Origin: Prochlorococcus sp. MIT 0801
GTDB lineage: Bacteria > Cyanobacteriota > Cyanobacteriia > PCC-6307 > Cyanobiaceae
Length of the DNA: 32,000 nt
NCBI RefSeq assembly: GCF_000757865.1
Contig: NZ_CP007754.1
Coordinates: 1,830,001 to 1,862,000, forward strand
Direction of reading: 5' to 3'
Under the pieces are notes generated by a model that did not search any database, was not told the DNA's origin, and worked only from the letters and a program-made list of their open reading frames with translations. Below are positions 10,070 to 20,680 of the stretch, one piece after another. Position numbers and translations under genes: made by a program. Each line of letters begins with the position of its first letter. Position 1 is the first letter of the stretch.

Positions 10070-11128
10070 ATGTCACAATCTTCTAAAAATGACAGGTCTT
10101 GGAGTAAATGGCATATGCGTTTACACAAAAGGCTGAAACAAAATAAATCTCTGCTTCCCAGTAACTCCACCATTCTTTTAGCAATATCTGGTGGCCAAGA
10201 TTCGATGGCCCTTCTCAAACTAATTATTGATTTAAAAAGACTACATAAATGGCAAGTCGAAATCTGGCATGGAGATCACCAATGGCATGCTAAATCCGAG
10301 AAAATCGAAAAAGAGCTAAAACTTTGGTGTCTGAATAATCAAATTTCATTTCACTCTAATAAAGCAGATAAAAAAGAAGTTGCTAATGAAGAAAAAGCAA
10401 GAGATTGGAGATATAAAAACCTAATATTGAGAGCTAAGTTATTATCATCAAAAAATATACATTTTCCGTGTACAAGAATATTAACTGGTCATACTGCTAC
10501 TGATCGAGCAGAAACAGTCATTATGAACTTAGCCAGGGGGACTGATCTGACTGGACTTACTACTCTTAAAGAGCAAAGAACTGTAGACAATAATATAGAT
10601 TTAGCAAGACCTCTACTAATTTTCAATAGGAGTGAAACTCTCGAGATTTGTAAAGATTTTAATTTACCAATTTGGATTGATCCTTCAAATGAAAATATTA
10701 ATTTAACAAGAAATAAAATAAGAAAAGAAATTTTGCCAATCTTGAATTCAATCTATAAGGGAGCAGATTCAAGAATAGCCTCAGTAGCTAATAGACTTGA
10801 AAGTTATAACGAAGACCAAAAAATATTTGCAAAAATAGCAATAGAATTTTGCCAAGGAGAAAAACCCAATTCCATATCGAGAAAAAAACTATTCAGCCTA
10901 ACAAACTCTATTAGACAAATAATTCTATCTAATTGGTTAAAGACAACAGGTGTGACAAGAGTAACAGCTCTGCAAATTGAAGAAATAAATACCAAAGTGT
11001 CTCAAAGGAAACCACCTGGAAGTATCCATCTTCATGGAGACTTCCAACTATCTTGGGACAAAGAAACTATTTATATCTCAACTAAAGCTAATAAAAAAGA
11101 CAATTTTCAGTTATCAACTAATTGCTGA
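10070..11128 (+). CDS. tilS: tRNA(Ile)-lysidine synthase
   Basis: 352-aa ORF with the PP-loop ATPase motif SGGQDS near the N-terminus, and TilS-like length and architecture. Its last 15 nt overlap the RNase J 3' end. Confidence 0.85.
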   Translation: MSQSSKNDRSWSKWHMRLHKRLKQNKSLLPSNSTILLAISGGQDSMALLKLIIDLKRLHKWQVEIWHGDHQWHAKSEKIEKELKLWCLNNQISFHSNKADKKEVANEEKARDWRYKNLILRAKLLSSKNIHFPCTRILTGHTATDRAETVIMNLARGTDLTGLTTLKEQRTVDNNIDLARPLLIFNRSETLEICKDFNLPIWIDPSNENINLTRNKIRKEILPILNSIYKGADSRIASVANRLESYNEDQKIFAKIAIEFCQGEKPNSISRKKLFSLTNSIRQIILSNWLKTTGVTRVTALQIEEINTKVSQRKPPGSIHLHGDFQLSWDKETIYISTKANKKDNFQLSTNC

Positions 11129-13063
11129 TCTGCGACGTCTTGTTCTTCCTGATGGCATTTCCTCTGCATTAGATTCCTTATTTATTTTTTGTTCTGCAGA
11201 TGAACTTGTCTCTTTATTTACTACAGATGCATTTCTCGTCTTAGGGTCTTTATCAACCGTTTTCTTAACTACTTGTCTTGAGTCTGGCTGTTGATCAAGT
11301 TGAGGTTTATATGCTCGAGTTCCTCCTGGAGCAGGTTGAACAAGGCAAAGAATTAAAGGCTCAGCTTGAACCTCTCTTCTCAACCGACGAGATAATCCTG
11401 ATTCAACCTCTCTTTGCAATCCAATCCAATCAACCTCAACTGACTTTCCGCCCGTATTAAGAACGAGCTGTTTCCATCGATTTTCAAGGACCCAATTAAT
11501 CTCTCTTTCAGTCCAATTAACCATCGTTTTGGCATCAACATTAGTAATAACACCTCGAAGATTCACCCTAGGGGGAGCAACCATCACGCCATCAGTACTA
11601 ATTGGAGTAAGAACGGTAATAACTCCATCATCAGCAAGTTGCTGACGTTCTTTTAAGACTCGAGTATCCACAACGCCCGTTCTAGAAGAATCGAGTAATT
11701 CCACTCCTGATTTAACTGGTGAACCTTGAACAATAGAGTCTGGTCTTAGTTCAGCAACGTCCCCATTCTCCATCACTAATACATTCTCGGGATGAACCCC
11801 CATTGATACTGCAGTTCTCCCATGTAGAACTTGCATTCTGTACTCACCATGAACAGGAATAAAGTATTTGGGTCTTGTTAATCCAAGCATCCATTTTTGA
11901 TCTTCTTGGCATCCATGGCCTGAAACATGAATTCCCTTATCTTTTCCATAAATTACTTTTGCACCCAATTTGATTAATTTATCAATCGTATGCATTACGG
12001 AAATAGTATTTCCAGGAATAGGGCTAGCAGAAAAAATGACAGTATCACTAGTTTTCAATTGAACATGTTGATGCTCGCCTCTAGCAATACGACTTAAAGC
12101 AGCCATTGATTCTCCTTGACTACCTGTCATCAATAAAAAAGTCTCTCTATCAGGCAAATCTCTGATCTGTTTAATGGGAAAAAATAAATCATCAGGAAAA
12201 CGCATATATCCCAGTTCTCTTGCTTTTCCAACCACATTCAGCATTGAACGACCTAGCAAGCCAACTTTTCTACCGTTTTTCATTGCTAGCTCTAAAAGCA
12301 TCGATACACGATGAGTTGAACTAGCAAAAGTAGTGACCATAACTCTGCCCTCAGCAGTAGCAATATATCTATCTAGATTTGGAAAAACAGAATATTCAGA
12401 GGGTGTGAAACCTGCAACTTCAGAGTTGGTTGAATCAGATAGAAGGCATAAAACACCTTTATCTCCATAGTGAGCCATTCTGGCTAGATCGGCAGGCTGT
12501 CCGTCAGGTGGGGTATGGTCGAACTTAAAATCACCAGTGAAAAATACTACTCCCACTGGAGTCGTCACTGCGAAGGAATAACTATCAGAAATTGAATGTG
12601 TATTTCTTACAAATTCAACTGAAAAATGTTGCCCAACTTTGATAACTTCTCTGGGTCCACATACTTGTATTGTTGTCCGATCAGCAACTCCAGCTTCCTC
12701 CATTTTTCCCCTAAGCATTGACATAGCAAGGGGCGGGCCGTAAACAATTGGGATATTAAAGTTCTTTAAATGATGAGAAATTCCTCCAATATGATCCTCA
12801 TGCCCATGAGTAACCACCAAACCTCTTATCCGATTTTGATTTTCACGTAGATAAGTAGTGTCAGGCATAACAACATTTACTCCATGCATCCCATCCGTTG
12901 GGAAAGCCAGACCAGCATCAAGAATCATGATGTCGTCTCCGTATTCAAATACGCAAGTATTTTTTCCGATTTCTCCGAGGCCACCTAAGGGAATAATTCT
13001 CAAACAAGGAGAATTTGTTTGATTATTTTTTGAACCTTGAGAATTCATTGAACTTGATGTCAT
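11114..13063 (-). CDS. rnj: Ribonuclease J (metallo-beta-lactamase / beta-CASP RNase)
   Basis: 649-aa ORF. It has the [10 protein letters not shown] metallo-beta-lactamase motif, a GDFKFDHTP segment and HVSGHG near the beta-CASP end. About 68 aa of low-complexity basic C-terminal tail end in [11 protein letters not shown]. Confidence 0.9.
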   Translation of the reverse strand: MTSSSMNSQGSKNNQTNSPCLRIIPLGGLGEIGKNTCVFEYGDDIMILDAGLAFPTDGMHGVNVVMPDTTYLRENQNRIRGLVVTHGHEDHIGGISHHLKNFNIPIVYGPPLAMSMLRGKMEEAGVADRTTIQVCGPREVIKVGQHFSVEFVRNTHSISDSYSFAVTTPVGVVFFTGDFKFDHTPPDGQPADLARMAHYGDKGVLCLLSDSTNSEVAGFTPSEYSVFPNLDRYIATAEGRVMVTTFASSTHRVSMLLELAMKNGRKVGLLGRSMLNVVGKARELGYMRFPDDLFFPIKQIRDLPDRETFLLMTGSQGESMAALSRIARGEHQHVQLKTSDTVIFSASPIPGNTISVMHTIDKLIKLGAKVIYGKDKGIHVSGHGCQEDQKWMLGLTRPKYFIPVHGEYRMQVLHGRTAVSMGVHPENVLVMENGDVAELRPDSIVQGSPVKSGVELLDSSRTGVVDTRVLKERQQLADDGVITVLTPISTDGVMVAPPRVNLRGVITNVDAKTMVNWTEREINWVLENRWKQLVLNTGGKSVEVDWIGLQREVESGLSRRLRREVQAEPLILCLVQPAPGGTRAYKPQLDQQPDSRQVVKKTVDKDPKTRNASVVNKETSSSAEQKINKESNAEEMPSGRTRRRRSAIS

Positions 13064-13135
13064 GGAAAAATTTATGTGAAAAAACTTGATTGTTACCTAA
13101 ATGAAAGCCAAACCCACTATTAGAAAGGGGGTAGA

Positions 13136-14044
13136 TCAAATCAATCTCATAGAAGAGAGTATCTTCACGAGTTCTTCTTTCATTTCACTGTTTAAAGAGA
13201 CTAGAGGACTTCGAGGAGGTCCAACAGACCAGCCGATGAGTTGAAGTGCCGATTTAACAGGAATTGGATTTGTGGTTGCAAAAAGGGATTTAAAAAGAGG
13301 TTGCAATGTCTCGTGCAAATAAAGTGCCTCAGCATATTTACCCTCTAAAAAACTCTCTATAATTTTCTTCAAATTAGGACCAACCAAATGACTTGCGACA
13401 CTAACAACGCCAACAGCCCCAACTGAAAGCATTGGTAAAACCAAAGCATCATCACCGCTATAAATAGCTAAATCTGATCCACAATAGTTCCTTAATTGAG
13501 TCACTTCCTCGGTTGTTCCACTTGCGGCTTTAAAACTGACTACATTACTGCAATCCATAAGCTTACTTACAATACTAGGTGATATCGAACAACCTGTCCT
13601 CCCAGGGATGTTATAGAGCATTAAAGGCAACTTTGGAGCTGCATTTGCAATAGCTCGAAAATGAACTTCTAATCCTTCTTGTGGTGGTTTATTGTAATAA
13701 GGAACAACAACTAATGCACCGTCAGCACCAGAATTAGCCGCTTCCTTTGTAGCTTCAATTGCCTCAGAGGTCGAATTACTTCCAGTTCCAGCTAAAACTT
13801 TGGCCCTAGAGCCTAAAGAATTTCTCACTGTTTCCAGCATTTTTTGTTGTTCTTGCCAAGTTAGAGTAGGTGACTCACCCGTAGTTCCACAGACAACAAT
13901 GCCATCTGAACCTTGATCTACTAAATAATTTGCCAAATCGGCAGCAAGGCCATAATCAACTTTCCCTTCATCATTAAATGGTGTCACCATTGCGGTTAGC
14001 AGCCTTCCAAAAGGTGCTGGTGATAATGAAGCTGACTTATTCAT
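13136..14044 (-). CDS. dapA: 4-hydroxy-tetrahydrodipicolinate synthase
   Basis: Track ORF 13136..14083. I prefer the internal ATG at 14044..14042 ([23 protein letters not shown]...), which overlaps the asd stop. Motifs [13 protein letters not shown] and the FKAASG lysine region are present. Confidence 0.93.
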   Translation of the reverse strand: MNKSASLSPAPFGRLLTAMVTPFNDEGKVDYGLAADLANYLVDQGSDGIVVCGTTGESPTLTWQEQQKMLETVRNSLGSRAKVLAGTGSNSTSEAIEATKEAANSGADGALVVVPYYNKPPQEGLEVHFRAIANAAPKLPLMLYNIPGRTGCSISPSIVSKLMDCSNVVSFKAASGTTEEVTQLRNYCGSDLAIYSGDDALVLPMLSVGAVGVVSVASHLVGPNLKKIIESFLEGKYAEALYLHETLQPLFKSLFATTNPIPVKSALQLIGWSVGPPRSPLVSLNSEMKEELVKILSSMRLI

Positions 14045-15074
14045 GATTTTTTGGCAATAGAAGTTCAGCAATTTGCACTGCATTCAGTGCGGCACCCTTG
14101 CGGATTTGATCTCCACATAACCATAGTTCCAAAGCATTGGGGTTACTTATATCTTGCCTTATTCGGCCAACTGATATGGGGTCTCTGCCAGTTACATCTT
14201 GTGGCATCGGAAAACGATTATTTTCCAAGTCCTCAAGTATCTCAACTCCTGGTGCAGCTTCCAAAATCTCATAAGCTTCTTTTACTGGAAAAGGCTTTGT
14301 AAATTCAATATTGACCGATTCAGAATGGGCTCTAAAAACTGGAACTCTTACACATGTTGCGGTCAATGAAAGATCAGGATCTCCAAGAATCTTTCGGGTT
14401 TCATTAACCATTTTCATCTCTTCCTCACAATAATTATTCGATTGCAAAGGTGAATTATGCAAAAAAAGATTAAACGCCAAAGAATACGGAAGAACTTTGC
14501 TTTTTGGAGTTATTCCATCTAAAACTTCTTGGCTTAATTTTTCTAATTCTTCCATTGCCATTGCACCTGCACCGCTAGCGGATTGATAGGTTGATACAAC
14601 AATCCTCTTGATGGGGATATGCCTAGTCAATGGAGATAAAACCAATGCTAATAAAATAGTGGTGCAATTAGGATTTGAAATTATACCTTTGTGCTTAATA
14701 GCATCTGAAGGATTGACTTCTGGAACAATTAAAGGAACATTCTCGTTCATTCGAAAGGCACTGGAGTTATCAATCATCAAAGCTCCAGAACTTTGAATTA
14801 TATCTTTCCATTTAAGAGATATTGAACTACCAGCTGAAGCCAAAATTAAATCTACATTTTCAAAACTATCTTTAGTTGTCTCTTCGACTTTCAACTCAGT
14901 CCCGCAAAAACTCTGAATGTCCCCTGCTGAACGATGAGAGGCTAGTAAAATTAACTTTTTAATAGGAAACGATCTCTCTTCAAGCAAAGCCAATAATTCC
15001 TTGCCTACAGCTCCACTCGATCCGAGAATCGCAACTGTAAGGGGTCTATTTGGAAGGAGAAATTGTGGTTTCAA
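14037..15074 (-). CDS. asd: Aspartate-semialdehyde dehydrogenase
   Basis: 345-aa ORF with an N-terminal GSSGAVG Rossmann motif and the active-site cysteine context SNPNCTT. Confidence 0.93.
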   Translation of the reverse strand: MKPQFLLPNRPLTVAILGSSGAVGKELLALLEERSFPIKKLILLASHRSAGDIQSFCGTELKVEETTKDSFENVDLILASAGSSISLKWKDIIQSSGALMIDNSSAFRMNENVPLIVPEVNPSDAIKHKGIISNPNCTTILLALVLSPLTRHIPIKRIVVSTYQSASGAGAMAMEELEKLSQEVLDGITPKSKVLPYSLAFNLFLHNSPLQSNNYCEEEMKMVNETRKILGDPDLSLTATCVRVPVFRAHSESVNIEFTKPFPVKEAYEILEAAPGVEILEDLENNRFPMPQDVTGRDPISVGRIRQDISNPNALELWLCGDQIRKGAALNAVQIAELLLPKNHE

Positions 15075-15227
15075 ACTTGATGAGGAGAATTAAACGATTT
15101 AACAAAAAAGTTTTTCTTATTAGAAAAATCAACAAATAACAAATTTTTCGATACTTTTTAGGCCACAATAGCTTTGGAAGTGAATTAACGCTTTCTTACG
15201 CTAACCAAATTTGAGAATTCCGTTTCA

Positions 15228-16646
15228 ATGAGTGCTGCCAAATTAAACGTAAAAACCAGTTCAAAACCCAATAGCAGAATTGCTGTAGAGATAGAGGTGC
15301 CAGCAGATCGATGCAAAAATAGTTACGACGAAGCTTTAAGCAAACTCAGCAGATCTATCTCAATCCCAGGCTTTCGCAAAGGTAAAGTCCCTAAAACAGT
15401 AGTAATCCAGCAACTTGGAGTCAAAAGGATACAGGCCTCTGCACTGGAATCACTCTTACAAAAAGTATGGACAGAAACCTTAGATCAAGAGGGAATAGAA
15501 CCTTTATGTGAGCCTGAACTAGAAGATGGCTTTGAAACTATTTTGGAGAATTTTAACCCTGAAAAAACTTTAGTATTAAAACTTGAAACCGATATTACCC
15601 CTATCCCAACTTTAAAAAAATCATCAGGTCTAACTGCGGAAGTAGAAAATTTAATATTTGATCCGAAAAAAGTTGATGAACTTATTGAGCAATCCCGAGC
15701 TCAACTAGCAACTAAAGTCCCAGTTAGTGATCGTGCGGCAAAGAAAGGAGATATTGCCTTAGTCAGCTTTAAAGGTAGTTTCTCAGATGATGGAAGCGAA
15801 ATTGAAGGCGGAAGCGCCGATTCAATAGAAATAGAACTTGAAGAAGGGCGAATGATTCCTGGTTTTATTGAGGGAGTAATTGGAATGAATATTAAAGATG
15901 AAAAAATATTGAAGTGTGAATTTCCCAAGGATTATCATCAGGAAGAAGCGAAAGGCAGAAAAGCTGAATTCAAAGTCAGTCTTGAAGATTTAAAAATCAA
16001 AGAATTACCTGAACTCAATGACGAGTTTGCAAAGCAAGCAAGTGACAAAGAAAATATGTCTGACTTACGCGCAGATCTTGAAAAGAGACTCAAAGAGGAT
16101 ACTGAAAGAAAACAAGCCAAAACTCGTCAGGACTCGCTTCTTGACGTATTAGTCAAAGAACTTGAAGTTGAACTACCAAAAAGTCTTATTGACCAGGAAG
16201 TTCGAATAATTGTTGAACAAACGGCTCAAAATTTTGCTCAGCAAGGCATTGATGTCAAATCAATGTTTACTCCTGAGCTTGTGAAATCACTTATGGAATC
16301 TTCAAAAGGCGAAGCAGAGAAAAAGCTGCGTCAAAAATTTGCTCTAAATGCTTTGGCTAAGTCAGAAAAGATTGAAGTTTCAGACAAAGAAATCAACTCA
16401 AAACTTGAACAAGTTGAAGCTGAAATTAAACTTTCAAACGAAAAAAATATCGACGCAGATCGTCTCAAAGAGGCTATTACTGATGACTTACTGCAAGAAA
16501 AATTATTTGTTTGGCTTGAAGAAAATAATACTGTTGTAGAAAAACCCCCAGAAAAAGCCTTGGATACAATTAAGGAGAAAAGTTCTAAAAAGAAAACAAC
16601 AAAAACAAATAAAGAAAAGAAAAGTTCTAAAACACCCAAATCCTAG
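15228..16646 (+). CDS. tig: Trigger factor
   Basis: 472-aa ORF. Ribosome-binding signature GFRKGKVP near the N-terminus, a central FKBP-type PPIase region (GMIPGFIEG) and a lysine-rich C-terminal tail. Confidence 0.93.
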   Translation: MSAAKLNVKTSSKPNSRIAVEIEVPADRCKNSYDEALSKLSRSISIPGFRKGKVPKTVVIQQLGVKRIQASALESLLQKVWTETLDQEGIEPLCEPELEDGFETILENFNPEKTLVLKLETDITPIPTLKKSSGLTAEVENLIFDPKKVDELIEQSRAQLATKVPVSDRAAKKGDIALVSFKGSFSDDGSEIEGGSADSIEIELEEGRMIPGFIEGVIGMNIKDEKILKCEFPKDYHQEEAKGRKAEFKVSLEDLKIKELPELNDEFAKQASDKENMSDLRADLEKRLKEDTERKQAKTRQDSLLDVLVKELEVELPKSLIDQEVRIIVEQTAQNFAQQGIDVKSMFTPELVKSLMESSKGEAEKKLRQKFALNALAKSEKIEVSDKEINSKLEQVEAEIKLSNEKNIDADRLKEAITDDLLQEKLFVWLEENNTVVEKPPEKALDTIKEKSSKKKTTKTNKEKKSSKTPKS

Positions 16647-16689
16647 TTTCTACGCATAGATTAGGATTATTAGCTACTTAAAATTCAAG

Positions 16690-17346
16690 TTGATTGAAGC
16701 AAGACAAAGTCACCCCATTAATAGTTTATGGAATAACTCCTGTCTATTTTCAGGACCTGGAGTTTTGCCAACAGTAATTGAACAATCAGGTCAAGGTGAT
16801 CGGGCATTTGATATTTACTCTCGATTACTTCGTGAAAGAATCATCTTTCTAGGAACTGATGTCAATGATCAAGTTGCTGATGCATTGGTAGCTCAAATGC
16901 TTTTTTTAGAAGCTGATGATCCAGAAAAAGATATTCAGTTGTACGTCAACTCCCCTGGGGGGTCAGTGACTGCTGGTCTAGCTATTTATGACACCATGCA
17001 GCAAGTTAGTCCTGATGTCATAACAATTTGCTATGGGCTTGCAGCAAGCATGGGTGCTTTTCTTCTCTCAGGAGGGACAAAAGGAAAAAGACTTGCATTG
17101 CCAAATTCCAGAATCATGATTCATCAACCTCTTGGTGGAGCGCAAGGTCAAGCTGTCGAAATTGAAATTCAAGCCAAAGAAATTCTCTATTTAAAAGAGA
17201 CTCTTAATTCACTTTTAGCTGAGCATACTGGACAAAATATTCAAAAGATTTCAGAAGATACTGATCGAGACCACTTTCTTTCTCCCCAAGAAGCGGTTGA
17301 ATATGGCCTGATCGACAAAGTGGTTTCCAATCTCAACTCCATATGA
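16690..17346 (+). CDS. clpP: ATP-dependent Clp protease proteolytic subunit
   Basis: 218-aa ORF with the conserved [19 protein letters not shown] block. Catalytic Ser ([11 protein letters not shown]), His (IMIHQP) and Asp (DTDRDHF) contexts are present. It must start at the TTG at 16690, because the first in-frame ATG is codon 70. Confidence 0.93.
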   Translation: MIEARQSHPINSLWNNSCLFSGPGVLPTVIEQSGQGDRAFDIYSRLLRERIIFLGTDVNDQVADALVAQMLFLEADDPEKDIQLYVNSPGGSVTAGLAIYDTMQQVSPDVITICYGLAASMGAFLLSGGTKGKRLALPNSRIMIHQPLGGAQGQAVEIEIQAKEILYLKETLNSLLAEHTGQNIQKISEDTDRDHFLSPQEAVEYGLIDKVVSNLNSI

Positions 17347-17451
17347 ATCATTAAGGAAGGCTGACAAGGCATCAATCCTCAATGATCCTATTAATTGAGA
17401 CTGAATAAAATTAATTATCGGTCTATCTAACCTGTTTTTTTTTTGAGCTCG

Positions 17452-18807
17452 ATGGCAAAATTTGAGGCCCATCTTAAATGCTCCTTTTGTGGCAAGGCGC
17501 AAGATCAGGTGAGGAAACTCATTGCTGGTCCAGGAGTTTACATATGCGATGAATGTATCGACTTATGCAACGAAATTTTAGATGAAGAACTAATTGATAA
17601 TCCAACGCATCAAAGTAATGGTCATGACAAAAATCGCAAATCTAAAGCTGCCACAACGTCAGCTAAACCGGCTCCAACCTTGGCATCAATACCAAAGCCC
17701 ATTGAAATTAAAAAGTTTTTAGATGACCAAGTAGTCGGGCAAGAACCAGCAAAAAAAATCTTATCGGTAGCTGTCTACAATCACTATAAGAGACTTGCTT
17801 GGAAAGGAGACGGGTCTGGTGAGACTGATTTAACGGCAACAAAATTACAAAAATCTAACATTTTATTAATTGGACCAACCGGTTGTGGGAAAACTTTGCT
17901 TGCCCAAACATTAGCCGAAATGCTTGATGTTCCATTTGCTGTTGCTGATGCAACAACTCTTACTGAAGCTGGATATGTTGGAGAGGATGTAGAAAACATT
18001 CTTTTACGTCTCCTGCAAAAAGCAGATATGGACGTGGATTTAGCACAAAGAGGAATTATTTACATAGATGAAATTGACAAAATTGCGAGAAAAAGTGAAA
18101 ACCCATCCATTACTAGAGATGTCTCTGGAGAAGGCGTGCAGCAAGCTCTTCTAAAAATGCTCGAGGGTACTGTCGCCAACGTTCCTCCTCAGGGAGGAAG
18201 AAAGCATCCTTACGGTGACTCTATTCAAATTGATACGAGCCAAATACTCTTTATATGTGGTGGAGCATTTGTTGGTTTAGATGATGTAGTTGAAAAAAGA
18301 CTTGGGAAAAATTCAATTGGTTTCATACAAAATGACAATAGGACAAGAACAAAATCTAATAGAGATCGTATTGGTGCAGATCTAATTAATGATCTTCAGC
18401 CTGACGACTTAGTGAAATATGGTCTAATTCCCGAATTTATTGGGAGAATGCCTGTCAGTGCAATATTAGAGCCACTAAATGCTAAAGCACTTGAGTCCAT
18501 TCTGACGGAACCAAGAGATGCTTTAGTAAAACAATTTAGAACTCTATTAAGTATGGATAATGTAGAACTTTCATTTGATGAAGATGCTGTTGAGGCAATT
18601 GCGCAAGAAGCTTATAAAAGAAAAACTGGAGCTAGAGCATTGCGAGGAATTGTTGAAGAAATCATGCTAGATCTAATGTATAGCCTTCCATCTCAAACTA
18701 AGATTAAAAATTTCAATGTAACAAAAAAAATGGTTGATGAAAGTACTGGTGGGAAAGTAGTTCCTCTTTTATCAAATGAAAAAAGAATTGTTAAGGAATC
18801 TGCTTAG
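17452..18807 (+). CDS. clpX: ATP-dependent Clp protease ATP-binding subunit ClpX
   Basis: Zinc-binding domain CSFCGK...CDEC, Walker A GPTGCGKT and Walker [10 protein letters not shown] are present. I prefer the ATG at 17452 ([15 protein letters not shown]) over the track's upstream TTG at 17443. Confidence 0.96.
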   Translation: MAKFEAHLKCSFCGKAQDQVRKLIAGPGVYICDECIDLCNEILDEELIDNPTHQSNGHDKNRKSKAATTSAKPAPTLASIPKPIEIKKFLDDQVVGQEPAKKILSVAVYNHYKRLAWKGDGSGETDLTATKLQKSNILLIGPTGCGKTLLAQTLAEMLDVPFAVADATTLTEAGYVGEDVENILLRLLQKADMDVDLAQRGIIYIDEIDKIARKSENPSITRDVSGEGVQQALLKMLEGTVANVPPQGGRKHPYGDSIQIDTSQILFICGGAFVGLDDVVEKRLGKNSIGFIQNDNRTRTKSNRDRIGADLINDLQPDDLVKYGLIPEFIGRMPVSAILEPLNAKALESILTEPRDALVKQFRTLLSMDNVELSFDEDAVEAIAQEAYKRKTGARALRGIVEEIMLDLMYSLPSQTKIKNFNVTKKMVDESTGGKVVPLLSNEKRIVKESA

Positions 18808-18968
18808 AAAAAATGAACTTCTGAATACCTTTATTCAATTTAATTAGAGTAATAAGAAAAATTATAAAATTCTCAAAAATTAAATTAGTCATATATTTGA
18901 TGAATGAATATCTTTTGTGAATATGATTAAATAAATCAAGATCAAATTCATACATATTTTCAATTGAA

Positions 18969-20666
18969 ATGATAACGACTTATGAGCCATTACATCATAA
19001 ATATCGCCCAACAAGCTTTGACGAACTAGTTGGGCAAGATCCAATCAAGTCAACTTTAAAACAGGCATTAATAAGTGATCGAATTTCCCCTGCATATATA
19101 TTTTCTGGACCTCGAGGAACAGGGAAAACTTCAAGCGCGCGAATTTTCGCAAAATCTCTAAATTGCTTAAAAAGTGAAAAATCAACAACCGTGCCTTGCG
19201 GTCAATGTGAACTCTGTAAGGGAATTAGCTCTGGGAATGCATTGGATGTAATTGAAATTGATGCAGCCTCGAATACAGGTGTTGAAAATATTCGTGAATT
19301 AATAGAAAGATCTAGATTTGCTCCTGCAAAAGCTCGCTGGAAAGTTTATGTTATAGATGAATGCCATATGCTTTCAACCGCAGCCTTTAATGCACTTTTA
19401 AAAACCTTAGAAGAACCTCCCCGTCAAGTCGTTTTTATTCTTGCGACAACTGACCCTCAACGCGTTTTACCTACAATTCTTAGTAGATGTATGCGGTTTG
19501 ATTTTAGAAGAATAGCTCTGCATGATTTAGAAAGTCATTTAATCAGTATTGCTAAAAAAGAAGAAATCCAAATCAACGAAGAAGCAATATCATTAATTGC
19601 GAAACACTCACAAGGAGGGTTGAGAGATGCAGAAAGTTTACTTGATCAAGTAAGTTTACTTCCTCCGCCAATAACTCAATTAAACATCATTAATTTGATA
19701 GGAGCTATACCAGAAGAAGAATTAATTAAATTAGCAAAGTCATTAATAATTAAAGATCCGAATTCTATTTTGAATGTTTGTAATAGCCTAATAAATAAAG
19801 GGAAAGAGCCAATTGCAATTTTACAAGGAATAGCATCTATATTAAGAGACTTAGTTGTAACAAAAGTTACAACTAATCCAACGAATTTATGTAATATTTC
19901 TCCAGAAAATAGTGAAAGTTTAAACGACTTAGCAACTTCTAGTAATCTTGATCAAATACTCAACCTACAGGCCAAGCTAAAAGGATCAGAAAGCAATATA
20001 AGAAACAGTAACCAACCAAAATTATGGTTAGAAATTCATTTACTTGGAATGCTCTCAGATGAAGATTCAAAAGAAAATAATAGAATAAAGCAATCCCTTT
20101 TAAAAAGCAAACTATCAGATAATTCTGAATCTGAAAATGTAAATAATACATCAGAAAGTATAGTTCCTAATCCAGAAAAAGAACCAATTCAAAAAACAGC
20201 TTTTCGAGACGAAACTAAAACAAGTCCAGATTTAAGTCTTGATGATATTTGGAAAAAAGTTATAGCCATGTTAGATCTCCCTTCAACAAAGATGCTGCTT
20301 TCACAACAAGCTAAATTAATAAATCTGACATCGGATTCTGCTGAAATAGCAATTTCAGAAAAATGGATAAATATGATTCAAAGTCGAAAGAATCTGATTG
20401 AAGATGCTTTTTATAAAGCTAGAGGATCATCAACTAAAGTTCTGTTAATACAACAAAAAGATAACTTATCAAGTCATAAAGAAGTTAAAAATAATCTTCA
20501 AAAAATAGAACAAAGAAATCAGATTAAAATTGATAGAGAGCCAAATAAAAATACTTTTAAAGAGGAGAAAAAAGAATCAAAAAATAATTTGGAGATAAAT
20601 TCTATTGATCAAAAAGCTAAGAAATTCGCAGACTTCTTTAATGGAGAGATTGTGAATCTTGAATGA
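18969..20666 (+). CDS. dnaX: DNA polymerase III subunit gamma/tau
   Basis: 565-aa ORF. Walker A GPRGTGKTS, zinc module CGQCELC, Walker B VIDECHML and the SRC motif (LSRCMRFDF) are present. The C-terminal half is low-complexity and polar. Confidence 0.93.
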   Translation: MITTYEPLHHKYRPTSFDELVGQDPIKSTLKQALISDRISPAYIFSGPRGTGKTSSARIFAKSLNCLKSEKSTTVPCGQCELCKGISSGNALDVIEIDAASNTGVENIRELIERSRFAPAKARWKVYVIDECHMLSTAAFNALLKTLEEPPRQVVFILATTDPQRVLPTILSRCMRFDFRRIALHDLESHLISIAKKEEIQINEEAISLIAKHSQGGLRDAESLLDQVSLLPPPITQLNIINLIGAIPEEELIKLAKSLIIKDPNSILNVCNSLINKGKEPIAILQGIASILRDLVVTKVTTNPTNLCNISPENSESLNDLATSSNLDQILNLQAKLKGSESNIRNSNQPKLWLEIHLLGMLSDEDSKENNRIKQSLLKSKLSDNSESENVNNTSESIVPNPEKEPIQKTAFRDETKTSPDLSLDDIWKKVIAMLDLPSTKMLLSQQAKLINLTSDSAEIAISEKWINMIQSRKNLIEDAFYKARGSSTKVLLIQQKDNLSSHKEVKNNLQKIEQRNQIKIDREPNKNTFKEEKKESKNNLEINSIDQKAKKFADFFNGEIVNLE

Positions 20667-20680
20667 ATAAGATAACTTTG

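Noticed and set aside
11034-11294. 86-aa plus-strand ORF overlapping the tilS end and the RNase J tail
   Set aside because: It is out of frame with tilS and antisense to rnj. Both neighbouring genes are strongly supported, and the open frame is probably a by-product of the low-complexity rnj tail.
16331-16639. 102-aa minus-strand ORF inside the tig 3' region
   Set aside because: It is antisense to the Lys/Glu-rich tail of trigger factor. The Phe/Ser/Leu-rich product is the mirror image of a low-complexity AAG/GAA-rich coding sequence, and no start context or domain is visible.
18918-18950. Imperfect inverted repeat TGAATATGAT / ATCAAATTCA (9 of 10 positions) in the 161-nt clpX-dnaX spacer
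   Set aside because: It is all A/T except two G-C pairs, in a very AT-rich spacer where such matches are expected by chance. There is no T-tract and no recognisable operator consensus.
19554-19560. AAAAAAG stretch in dnaX (others occur near 20245 and 20570) as a possible gamma/tau programmed -1 frameshift site
   Set aside because: The frame is GCT AAA AAA GAA, not the A AAA AAG heptamer in the E. coli register. It lies at codon about 196, inside the ATPase domain and far upstream of where gamma ends. No downstream stem-loop is evident. A-runs are expected by chance in this AT-rich, Lys-rich gene.
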